Assembly: GCA_028023455.1 (NCBI GenBank)
Contig: JAQFVV010000002.1
Location: 26,846,001-26,910,000 of the forward strand
Length of the DNA: 64,000 nt
Source: Epiperipatus broadwayi
Lineage: Eukaryota; Animalia; Onychophora
Reading direction: 5' to 3'
Position 1 is the first letter of the stretch. Every line of letters starts with the position of its first letter. A program made the position numbers and the translations under genes. The notes beneath the pieces were generated by a model, which was not told the DNA's origin, did not search any database, and saw nothing but the letters and a program-made list of their open reading frames with translations. This document shows, piece by piece, positions 39,790 to 52,111 of the stretch.

Positions 39790-41180
39790 AATATTAAAAT
39801 ATGCAGAAGTACATTCAATTATTTTCTTAATCTTTAACTAGAAACTGTTAGAATTTAAATTTAGTGGAAGTAAACATTGTCATATTATATCCAAATATTC
39901 ATGAATTTTAATGTTTACACTTTGTCTATTCATTAAAGATTTTTTATTTCTATTTATCAAAATTGCCTCTTTGATTTTTCTTTTATTATGTTTTTTTTTT
40001 GCTTGAAGAATTGTAGAATTTTTCAGGTTGATATTGAAAGTAAATGTCCATGTTTTTTCACAATCAAAAAAAATGCAGTTATTAAATCATTATTTTTACT
40101 TTTTATGCACTATATAACAATTCACTCTTTTAATTTGTTCTCAATACTATATCTTGATTCACCTATGTATGAAGTCTTGCACTTACATGAAATTTGATAT
40201 ACAATACTACTTTTTTGTTTCATAGATATAATATTTTTTGAATTATTCATCAATTTTTTAATGCTTGAAGGAACACAAAATGAAATATTGTATAATTCTC
40301 TATATATTTTTAATAAATTTAGCTCAGACAATTGAAATGTATGGAATAGATATCCATTTTTTATCATAATGTTCTGCTCCTTTAAAGTCATATATTTAAA
40401 TTAATTTAAAGTGAGGCAAATCTTTGTTATTATTATGCCTAAATTCACTCAATGTTTTTGTAAAGTTTTCAATGTTTTGTTATTTATCACTTTCATAAAG
40501 ATCTGATATATCACAAAGTATTGGAAACTTTTCAAAATAAGAAAATTTGTTTAAATATACCACTTTAAAAGTATAGAAAGTTAATGATAAAAAATAGATA
40601 GCTACTCCATCTGTCTTAAATGCTCAAGCTAATTTTATTAAAAATATATATAAATAATTATATTATGTTTCATTTTGTGTTCAACCTAATATTAATAGAT
40701 GGGTAAATAATAATAAAAAATATATTTTTGAAACAAAAAATATTGTATATTAAATTTCATATAAATATAAGGTTTCATATATAAGTGAATTGAGGTGTAG
40801 CATTGAGAAACACTTAAAAGAGCATCGACTGTTTTATAAGTATATAAAAAATAAGAATAATGATGGTTTAATAACAGTATCTACTTTTTTGATCATGAAA
40901 AAATGTGAGTTTACTTTCAATTTTGATCTGGAAAATACTAAAATTCTTCATGAGGAAAGAAATCATACTAGAGAAAAAATTAAATTGGCAATTTTGAGAA
41001 TAAATAGAAATCTTTAATTAATGGACAGCATAACATAAAATTCATGAATCATGGGATATAATATGTTGACATTTACTTCTGCTATATTTAAATTCTATTT
41101 CTAGTTGAAAAACGCTGTGAAATAACTGAAAGTATTTCTATGTATTACAATATTTATTTGTAAAATTTGTTAATTCATCG
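39790..41180. mobile_element. Family C head-to-head PLE remnant with GIY-YIG coding fragments on both arms
   Basis: Left arm (minus): SSIVYQISCKCKTSYIGESRYSIENKLKE. Right arm (plus): SIEKHLKEHR...KILHEERNHTREKIKLAILRINRN. Confidence 0.75.
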
Positions 41181-41499
41181 TTATTATTTTATTATTGTTA
41201 CAATAATTTATCTATAACGGATATTTTATTTCTTTTAATTATAAGTTATATTTTTGAACTGATATATTGTCATTTATTTTTAATCTTTTTTTTTTTCTTT
41301 TTAGTTTTTTTCCTAAATAAAATACTTCATGGAATCTTTATCCTGTTTTATTCATGAAAAGACTGATTTTTATATTTTTGTTTTGATAAAATAATGGACA
41401 AACGGTAATTATATATTAATTTGTATTTTCTATGTGTGTATCTTATAAAAAAATTATTATTTTATTGAGATATTTTAATGATTAATACTTTAAACTGAT

Positions 41500-42138
41500 T
41501 TATCTTTCTTATTGCATTGCCAAATCCATATAATTTTAATATCATTTACGTTCTTTATTATTTTCTATAATGCTTTTTACAACACATTATTGACAGTTTC
41601 AATTGCTTCAGCTGTTTTCTTCAGAACTATAACAAACACAATACAAATGCATAAATACAAATATATAAACATATAATTTTACATTTTATATATATAACTT
41701 ATATTCTATCTGATTATATTCTTTCTTATAATCGTTATTTATATACCCACACATATACATGAATACAAATATACATAAACACATAATTTTATATTTTATA
41801 TATATAACATATTCTATCTTATAATCATTATTTATATATCTACATAATAAATAATGATTATAAGATAGAATATATGAATATATATATATAAAATGTAAAA
41901 TTATATATTTATATATATATTTGTATTCATGCATATATGTAGGTATACAAATAATGATTATAAAATAGAATATATGTTATATATATAAAATGTAAAATTA
42001 TATGTTCAAGTATATTTGTATTCATGTATTTGTATTGTGTTTGTTATAGTTCTGAAGAAAATTGCTGGTGCAATCGAACCATCAATAGTGAGTTGTGAAA
42101 AGCATTGTAAAAAGTAATAAAGAACATAAATGATATTA
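41500..42138. mobile_element. Family B-related head-to-head insertion with internal AT-rich tandem repeats
   Basis: TTCTTCAGAACTATAACAAACACAATACAAAT is mirrored by ATTTGTATTGTGTTTGTTATAGTTCTGAAGAA. ACTTTAAACT(G/C)AT at 41487-99 and 42139-51. Confidence 0.65.
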
Positions 42139-43290
42139 ACTTTAAACTCATATTGTAATAATATAAAGATTTTAATCTGAAACAAGCTGAACATTTAGCT
42201 ACCAAAAATTAGACATCATTTTAAACACTATAATTACTAATCACAGGGGATTATATATGTATGTGCTTTTGGACTTTCTATAAAACTTTTATTTTACAAA
42301 ACCTCTTACTTTAATTATTTCCATCAGGTAATGATAAATGCAGTAACAACCTGATTCAAATGAAAAGCAAAAGGATTCAAGAACATTTGAAAATAACTGT
42401 TTAACAGTTTTATTGCATGGAGATTATGAGTTGAATGAATTTTTATTGGCATAGTAGTAATGAGGTTGTGAATTTCGTTATCTTTACTCTTTATTTTAAA
42501 AAGTGTCTATGATTTTTTCAGTGTATTTGAGCACATTATTTGAGAAGCATGAATGGCTCTATGGTTTCACACAAGCATAAAAAAATTTATGAAAATAATT
42601 ACACACTGGATATTCATTATTTATGGTAATCTTTTACAAAGGGCATCTTTAGTAACACATGTATTCAAATACTATTACAAATTAGATGTATGGGTGAATT
42701 ATTTTGCTCCAATAACAAGATTAGAATTTTTTGATACAAATTATAGTTTTTGGACATATAGTCATAATATCTACATTCTGACCCAGTATAGTCTTGCAAC
42801 TACTACCAAAAACCCATGACAGGAGTAATAAAACAAAATCTTTAACAACTTTGAGAACAATTTTGGCAATAGCTTTCAGATAATTGACTTGCGGAAATTG
42901 ATATAAAGGAATTTATTTAGTTGACATCGTCAGAATGAGTTAATGAAATCCTTGTATAACTGATGGCTTCACTTCAGAATGAATTTATGTTAACAAATAT
43001 ATTTGAAGTTTTTTTTTTAAATTTGAACATTCCTTGTTTTATATTTTGTTAAAAGTTTTATATAATGTTTTTACTCTTGGATAAATTTTGTGAGATATTA
43101 AAATTGAGTTTTTTAATGAAAATTATGATCACTGATTAATAACTTGAAAAACCTTTCCTTATAATAGTTTTAAATTTAATATTATTTCTGAAAATAGTGA
43201 AATTATTCTTTTTATTTCATTAATTAAAAAAAAATTGGTTAATTAAAATAGATTGTTTTATTTTTTTAAATAAAAAGAATATCAATATTT

Positions 43291-43608
43291 ATATATATAT
43301 ATATTGCTTATAACACTTCTTTCTTATACACTTTAATGCAACAAATTTTCTTAAAAACTTCTTTATTCTCTTTACATTTTCGACTGTCCAGCAGTCTTCA
43401 TCAGAGCTCTATCCTCTTCTCTGCTTTAAAAATAGAGAAGAGGATAGAGCTCTGATGAAGACTACTGGACAGTCAAAACTGTAAGGAGAATAAAGAAGTT
43501 TTTAAGAAAATTTGTTGCATTAAAGTGTATAAGAAAGAAGTGTTATAAGCAATATATATGATTATATGAAGAAAGTGAAAGAGAAGAATAAGAGAATATA
43601 TTTCTGAT
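43291..43608. mobile_element. Family B young head-to-head insertion (near-perfect hairpin), 13-bp TSD
   Basis: Arms about 125 bp around an 11-nt loop, each with CTGATGA-A-GACT(G/A)-CTGGA-CAGTC-(G/A)AAA. AATATCAATATTT at 43278-90 and 43609-21. Confidence 0.88.
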
Positions 43609-44183
43609 AATATCAATATTTCTTAGGTGTTTTACTAGAAATTTCTGGAGTAGATTTGTTTCACAGCTTTTTTCCAGTTGCAATAGTCTATTGGAAAAAT
43701 ATTATTTTGTAAATTTTTAGTAATAGTATTTTATGAAACGTTCATAAGTAGATTTTTTTTTTTACAGGTTCGAATTCTTTTTCAACTCATAAAATAAATG
43801 GCCTGAATATTGAGAGAGTTGAAATATTATTTTTTAAGTTAAATAATATTGCAAAACTTCTTGATAGGCATCAGTTTTATTCAGAAATAAAAAGTTAATA
43901 ATTTGATATCATGATTTTATTTTATTTTCAGTTTTTGAATAAGAATAACCCTTTCCCTCCATGATGGGATTCAGATTATTAGCTGTGCTATAGATAAAAA
44001 AATAAATAAATTATAATTTCTTTTCATAAGATAAACTATGAAAAACTTCTTTATTAATAATTTTATAATTTTTTTAATAACATATATAAAATAATAAAAT
44101 AATTTATGTATTTTCAAAAATGAATAAAAATATTAATATAAACCAAGCATTGATTATATATATATATGTGTGTGTGTGTGTGG

Positions 44184-44345
44184 GAGATGATTATATGGAC
44201 CAACAGATGAGTGCCGGTTCAACATGAAATATGTATATTAGAGATCATTTATCTTTATTATACATGTGTGGACATGTGTATCAGTTGTATGAGATAGAAT
44301 GAATGGCTGAAGGGAGTTTGAAAGTCTGGGTTCAAATCCCCTATA
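44184..44345 (+). mobile_element. Family D single copy
   Basis: Homologous to the arms of 48995-49421; ends in GGTTCAAATCCC. Confidence 0.7.
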
Positions 44346-45256
44346 ATTAATAATGTTTGTATATAATATTGAGGGCCCCTATAAAAAAGTTGAAATTATT
44401 ACTTACTGGGAAAATTTCCAAGTAGAAATGAAAAAATCATAATAAAGCTCAATAATTTAGAACCCAGTCACTATTTTTGTAATTAAATTTTTATGCAAAT
44501 ATCACCGAGAAACCAAAATTCAATATACAATACAAATAATGAGATCTATTGCTGTAAAACTAATTGTACAGAGAGGTGCGTAAAACAGATAACAGGTTAA
44601 AATCGTTTGAAATGGGTTAGATGCTTATGAATTATATCTCTGTGTTCACCATTGATAAACAAAGCCATTTCACGTGAGCGCACACCATGTGTGGACATTC
44701 TCATATTGTAAACTTTTATGAACGAAACTTATACTATTGAGGCATAATCAGACTATATACATTTGCTTTATTTTCTCAATAATAAATGTGAATTTATTGC
44801 TACAATAATAAATACATGGAAATAAAAATATAATTAATAAAAGATGTAAGATTTGTTTGTTGTCTACTTCTATCTATCATGCACTATCAGGAGTATGATC
44901 ACAATTATTTTACCATTCACACGACATAAATCTGAACACTAAAATAATTATACACATGTTTCTGATAGTTTGTGATACTTTAGGAAACTTATTACAACAA
45001 TAATTTTATGAAATAATCGAGTAGACTCAATTGCAAATATTATTTTAACAGATTCGCTGAATTCAAAACTTTTAGCAAATAATTCTATCAAATTTGACAA
45101 AAACTGATTGAATCCCCAATCTCCTTTTCTCTCAATAATTTATTAATATTTGGTGACATGCAGATACCTTGACTTTATTAACAGTCAAGAAATCATTGCC
45201 ATTTTAAGAAGTATTTGTTTATATTTCTCCATTTCTGTAGTCTATTGTAAGAGTAA

Positions 45257-45365
45257 GTAATCACGGATGCTAGATGGCAGTACTTATTAAATCCCTATAC
45301 AAGTGTGTCCTATCCACATTCCCAAACTAATTTCTGGCTTATGGCTTCATAATCTGGATCTAATA
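45257..45365 (-). mobile_element. Very degenerate family A fragment
   Basis: GTAATCACGGATGC...AAATCCCTAT...ATTTCTGGCTTATGGCTTCAT aligns loosely to the unit. Confidence 0.5.
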
Positions 45366-46249
45366 CATCTGGATTTTTTTTTTATCCAACAGCTGGGTTT
45401 TTACCATTTTTAAAGGATTTCTTCAAATTTTATATGATGGCAGGTATATAATAAAAATTATTATTTGAGATGTATTCTTTAATATAATTGGACTGGTAAG
45501 TAGTAATTGCAGAAATAAATAAATATTGGATTGTTATCTGGTCTATAAAGAAAAGATGATATCAGTTTCAGCAAAGGCATGTCACCAGTATATTTAAAAT
45601 AACACATTAATGAAAATTTTATACATTATAAAAATAGACATTATTGTCAGATAGTTACATATTATTAATTGTCAATTAAATAATATTTTGAAATCTAGAT
45701 AAATGATGAATGAGTTTGGGAAAAGAAACAAAAGCATAGATAGAAACAATTAGTTTTTAAATTGTTGTATGTACCATAGAAACTTGCAAAATAGATTAAG
45801 ATTTAATAAGGAGAATGAGAGGCAATTGGAAGGTTTTTAAATGTGATTATAGAGATAAAATATAAAATTAGATTGAACAGCAAAAATTAAAAGTACTGAA
45901 ACCTTCACAAGAATAGAAAGGGGGATATATTATTGATTCAATTTATAATACGTACTTTTTTATATATGCTGTATTAATTTTCTATAGAGCCCATAATGAT
46001 TGAGTGGTTAAAGGTTTCTGATATCAGTTCTTGAATAAATATAGCCAACCTACCAGTTGGACATCACATGGCCTCTTGAGCAATTATTTATATGATTATT
46101 TATTTATTTTTCACATCTATTTAGTTTATTAAACTTTCAATTAATTCAATTAAAAAAATATTTTGCCAACTTTATTGTAACTCATTTAATTGGAATCTTC
46201 TGAATATTTTCAATCTAGTCAAAAAATTCTTCATAAAAAATAAAAACCA

Positions 46250-47130
46250 GACCTCATCAACATGCATTTTCTAATGTTTTTTTCTTTACCTCTCTTTACT
46301 CCTCACTTTATTCTATCATATTATTTAAGCTCTTAGCATTGATTTCATAAATTAAAGTGACAGTGCTACCTCTCTTTCCACTCTAGATATACGGGAATTC
46401 AAAATAATTATTTATAATTCTCTTTCTTTTGCTTTATTTTATTAAGCATTATATTTTTCCAATTTTTAATACAATCACCTTTCTTTCTAATTGATAATTC
46501 TGGATATATATATAGATATCCATTTCCTCTGGATTAACATTTACAATGACCCATTTTGAACTCATTCATTATTCTCTGTTAATATCACCATCATTCTTTG
46601 ATAATATTATCATCTTAGATTAACTATTGTCAGTTTGACTGATTCCTGTTCTCTTTCTTCCTTTACCATCCGCTTATGACAATAATTCATGTTTTTTCTT
46701 TCTTTTAAATCCTCTTCTAAAACAAACTGGAAGAATATAGCATTATTTTAACCTATCTACATGACTTTTATAACCGAAAACAAGCATTAAATATATATTT
46801 AAATAATGTAAATAAAAGTGGTAATAAGGAATAATCCTGTCGCAGATCTATTTTCTTCAAACTTTTATAGCATGCAATCATCATCATAATATCAGCTATT
46901 TCGATTGATTGCAGGCTGAAGGTCTAAGTTTAATCCAATTTCTTCAATACATAGCATCTCTTTTCTACCTCGTAGCAGAAAACTTCTTTATTTCATCCAT
47001 TCATTTTACAGTGGTCTCTTTCTATGCTTTTACATTCTCTTGGGATCCAATTTAAAACTTCAACTGTCCATCTATTATCATTATTTTAGCAATACGTCCA
47101 GCCCAGCTTCATTTCGTTTATACTTTATAG
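46250..47130 (-). mobile_element. LINE RT and 3'-end remnants (RTE-like)
   Basis: DLRQDYSLLP (GxRQG-like) near 46840 and an RTE-like 3' end with a GAT-rich tail near 46880. Confidence 0.5.
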
Positions 47131-47959
47131 TTTGCTGTATGTCCAAATAGACAAAATAATCACTTTATTCAAAGTAACCTCTTAATAATTCTCAACAAAT
47201 CACAGTCATTTTCTTTTCACTCTACTTATAAGCTTATTCAAAATTTTTAAAAAAAATCCTTAATTTTTTTAATAATAATAATTTAATAAATAAATAATAC
47301 ATGCTATTTTCCAATTCTTTTATTTTGTTCTAGGCCCTTCCCACCAAATTTTTTTCATCGTAATTTTACATTATTTCCTGAATTATGATTATTATTTTTT
47401 CAATAAAACTATATATATATATTTTTAATAAAAAAACAACAACAAACATTCATGTTATTGCCTAGAATCACTAAAAATGTTTATACAATTTGCCTTCAAA
47501 AATCAGTCTGGCAAATATCTCCCTCTAGTGGAATAAATTATAATCATTTTATTTAGTTTTATGCGATGGGAGAGCCAAATTGGAAAGTAATTAGGTGACG
47601 GAACAATAGAAAACGAGCAAGTAATTAGAATATTTTAAAATTATTATTGCGAAGAAAAATATGAAATTAAATTAGATTGAAAAGATTAAAAATATTAAAA
47701 AATTCTGCAGATTTAGAAATAGTGGAAGGTCATAGAAAAAAAAAGTGGAATTGGTCTGTGCATCTTTACAGTAATATGAAAAATGTAAAAGATTTTGTAA
47801 TAGTAATAAGAAGCAAAATGATTAATAATGTGATTTTTATTAATATTCGATTTTATCGGCAGTGTGTGAATAATTTTATGTCAGATAATGAGTCCCAGTA
47901 GCTTATATTCTATGACTTTTATATCATTATTTTTATTAAAATGTATATTCACACAAACC

Positions 47960-48965
47960 AAACCAGATCTTCCTCTTTGTGCTTTTTGTTCTTCTTTTAA
48001 GTATCTGTCTTCTTAAAATTGTCAAATAATTTCTATCTAATTTCTTTGTATCTTTTCTGATTCCATTTAGCATATTTCTCATCATTCATCCATCTTTAAG
48101 TATATATTTTATATAATTTCCTCTTTAAAATTTATTTAATAAACATTTTTCACTTATTTTTTTAAAGATTTCTACCTGATAGTATTATCTTTTAAACTCA
48201 TCTTTTATTTTTCTCCAAATTTATATCTCATCACTTTTTCTAATTCTCCACAGCTTTGCTCTTATAATGTTGGACTATAAACTGTTTATTAAGCCTTTTT
48301 CTTATATGTAATTTCAACTGGTCATAGAATAACCCTGTATCATTACTAAAAGTTTGTTTAGAAATTACAACTTTTACTGTAATTTTTTTATTATTGATAG
48401 CATCTTTTACTAGCCAACTTTTTGTTCACTATATATTCTTAACATTTCTTTTCATCACAATTATATTGATTTAATTTTATCCCAAACTTATATCAAAACT
48501 CTTTTAATTCTACATAACATTTTATTATTTTCAATACTCTCAAGTTTTCTTATATCAGAAAATCTAATACTCAATGACTCCCCCTATCCCAACCTAATTC
48601 CATTCTTAACAAAATAACAGTCATTTAACAACTTATTTAAATATCATCATCATTAATAGTATTCTATCCCCTGGAGATGTCCAGAGAATAGCAACATCAC
48701 AAGTTCATCCATTTTTTTCAGTCCCATCTCTTCATTGCCAAGATCTTCAATTCAACATATATCATTTAAATATAAATTAATTCAGGAGATAAACAATGTT
48801 TCTGATTTATATTTTTTTTTATATTTACTTTTTCTGTCAGAATGACATTTAATTTTATAAATATTTTTTACTTTAAATTTATAAACATCTTTCTATCACT
48901 ATTTATGATCAAAATAGTGGAATTCATTTTGTCAAATGCCTTTTCAAAATCAATATCATGAATGT
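47960..48965 (-). mobile_element. LINE RT remnant (RTE-like)
   Basis: IDFEKAFDK near 48940, followed by decayed downstream RT and C-terminal motifs. Confidence 0.55.
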
Positions 48966-48994
48966 TAATTTTTTTTCTTCCTGTTTATATATAT

Positions 48995-49421
48995 ATTAGA
49001 AGGGAATTTAACTCAGAATTTCATGCTTCCTACAGCCATCTACTCCATTCTATACAACTGATACACATGACCACATACATGTGAAAATGATAAAATGACC
49101 AATATATGTACTTCATGCTGAACCAGCACACATCAGTTTAGCCATATCATAATCTCCCTCCCCCCCACACACACACATATACATAATCAGTGCTCAGTTT
49201 ATATTAAGATAGCAAATCTACAAACTTTAATGGACACTGATTATATATACATGAGTGGAAGATTATGATTGGATCAATTGATGAGTGCTGGTTCAGCATG
49301 AAATATGTATATTGGAAATCATTTATCTCTTTCACATATCTGTAGTCATGTGTATCAATTGTATAGGATGGAGTGGATAGCTGTAGAGAGCTTGAAAGTC
49401 TGAGTTCAAATCCCTTCTAAT
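48995..49421. mobile_element. Family D head-to-head insertion with HHR-like core
   Basis: Arms 48995-49155 and 49260-49421 are inverted copies. Right arm has TTGATGA GTGCTG-GTT-CAGCAT GAAA (49278-49303). Confidence 0.75.
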
Positions 49422-49515
49422 TACATTAAATTCAGCATAGACAACATACCTATATTTAAAATATTATATATATAATACAAATAAAATATCCATTAATTAA
49501 AAACTATTGTAGTAT

Positions 49516-50200
49516 TAATAAAAATAATAAATATAATGGTAATTAACTATTGTGTATAGTCTTTTAATTTGCAGAAGTACTTTTGGTTAATTTCTTAACC
49601 CTTCTCAACTACTGTTAAATTCAAAAAATCAACTTATACCCTACGAATCCCAAATTTTAATGTTAGCAGCTTGTCTTTTAATTATATTCATTTTATTTCT
49701 ATTTATTAAAATTGCCTCCATATTTTTTCTTTTATTTTGGTTTCTCTCTTCATGAAGAATCTTAAAACTTTCAATAAAAAATTTAAATTTATATTTATAT
49801 GTTCTTTCATAATCCAAGAAAACTGAAACAGTCATTAAATCATTGTTATTTTTACTTTTCACCTGCTTGTATAACAATTTATGCTCCTTTCCATCAATCA
49901 TCAGATCATGTAAATATAAATTTAAGTTTGATATTGAAAGTGTTAAGAAATTTTTCATAAAGAGAGAAACCATAATAAAAGAAAAATTAAGGAGGCAATT
50001 TTAATAAATAGAAAGAAAACAAATATAATTAACAGACAGGCTGCTAATGTTAAATTTGGTATTCATTGGATTTGAGTTCTGTTATGTTTTTTGAATTTAA
50101 CGGCAGTTGAGGAGGATTAAGGAATTAACTGAAAATACTTCTGTAGATTGAAAGATTGTATATAATAGTTAATTATCTTTATATTTATTATTTTTATCAT
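49516..50200. mobile_element. Family C head-to-head PLE 3'-end insertion
   Basis: Inverted arms. The minus ORF 49641-49973 (KILHEERNQNKRKNMEAILINRNK) is a PLE endonuclease C-terminal remnant. Confidence 0.8.
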
Positions 50201-51690
50201 TATATATATTGTATTGAATGCCCAAGTGTTATAGTATTCAATACTGCTGCTTATAAGCAAATGCATATAGTAGTGTTTATTGACTTAGCCCACACATTGA
50301 TGTACCTCTTTGCACATAGTGAAAACTGATTATAAGATCTGCTGATAACTTTCTGTTTAAGCATAATAGCAAAAATTAAATTTATTTAGCATAATATTGA
50401 TCAGTAACTATATCACTGCCAGAATAGTATCATCATCAATTTACTTAACTTGATAACTCAAAGTATGATCTCAGTAAAATAATACTGATATATTTATTTC
50501 CCCAACAATTGTCACTCTTATGATTGACTATAAAAGTTACATTAGCTACCGCAAATCAATTTTATTTGAGGGTCAGAATTTTTCTACATCTTCTGATATC
50601 ATTTCTTCTATTTAAGGGTTGATTGTCTATTCTTATTATTCCTTGTTCTATCCTCATAAATTAGCCACAGCATAACACAAATCGGAAGCAGTTTGAATTC
50701 TTTTATTGCACTTTAGATGACCCCCAGTCACTTATAATTACAAACTGTATACTGTGCAACCAGATTGAGAAATAAGAATATAAATTGAAAATTACTGATA
50801 CTATCTAATTTTAAAATAATAATTAAATAAAATAACTTATTGTGGAAATGAAAAGAAATTTGAAGTATATACAAAATTATTTTGCATTCCCATTCAAATA
50901 CCTTAAATTACCCTTATGGACATGAGGTTTATCACCAAGCGCCCAAATTATTCTTATATACTTCTGGCCTTATTTACTGTCTTATTTAATACCTTTAACC
51001 ACTTCAAAGATATATTTGCTTCCTGCACAAAATCATTTGTTAATTATGTACAAACAATTTATTAGATATTTTCTTAAAATAAAAATGTATACATGGTTTA
51101 GTATCTTATAACGAAAAATACTAAAAAATATATATATATGAAAATATTGAAAAAGAATATGTACTTATATGTAACTTATGAAAATATTTTACTTAACTAT
51201 AGTTTCTGAAGATATTATTTTATAATAATTTTACTGTTCATTATCTTTTCTCCCCCATCTCCTATGCATTGTCTAATTCGGATAAACACACTTTTGACAG
51301 TGTTCAAAACAATCTTCTTCATAAGGTTGCTTTTTCTAATTTGAAAGTTTTTTTATTCTAAGTGTTAATTGTTCTATAATGGTTGGTTTTTATTCATATC
51401 ATTGTTGAAATTTATTTTTATAAATGTAATTTTTGCATCTTTATTTTTATGTAAATATAGTTGCTGAATTTCAGTTTTCCTTAGCTCTTTACTTGGTTGG
51501 CAAGCTATCAACTCAGGGATACATTTTATCTTGTAGGATAGATAGTAGGCAAGTTATAAGATAACTTTAGGTTCTAAATCTATTATTGCACCAGAGATTA
51601 CATTTTCATATAGCAAAGATCAACAAAAATTTGCAAATCACAAGAATTTTTTTTATTGCTATAAGAAAATTAAATAATAATAAAAAGGAT

Positions 51691-52111
51691 CACATGATCA
51701 CCATTTCTTATGTTAGCACATAACTCTTATTAACACAAGCAAAACTCTCCATTCAGTAGTGCCACTTAGTGCCAACCAGAGTAATCAATGGATGCCAGAA
51801 GGCTTGTGCATAAAATCCCTATCTAGTGCCTGCTCATCCAATATCTTCAGACTAGTTTCTGGCTTGTGGCCTTCATCAGTGAGGAGCTTTAGATCTGAGA
51901 ACCCTTCACCTAGATTTTAGGATCTAATGCAACCCTCCAGCAGCCATCTTTTATCTCTACTTAACTACAAAACTATGAAAATAAAATGGAAAACACAATA
52001 ATATTGGATGAGTAGGCACTAGATAGGGATTTTATGCACAAGCGTTCTGGCATACATTGGTTACTCTGCTTGCACTGAGTGGCACAACGGTATGGAGAGT
52101 TTTGCCTGTGT
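51691..52111. mobile_element. Family A head-to-head insertion, 13-bp TSD
   Basis: Antisense segment 51691-52000 (with HHR 51844-51885) plus sense segment 52001-52111. TAATAAAAAGGAT at 51678-90 and 52112-24. Confidence 0.88.

Noticed and set aside
44320-44345. tRNA gene suggested by GGTTCAAATCCC
   Set aside because: No cloverleaf or A-box; it is part of repeat family D.
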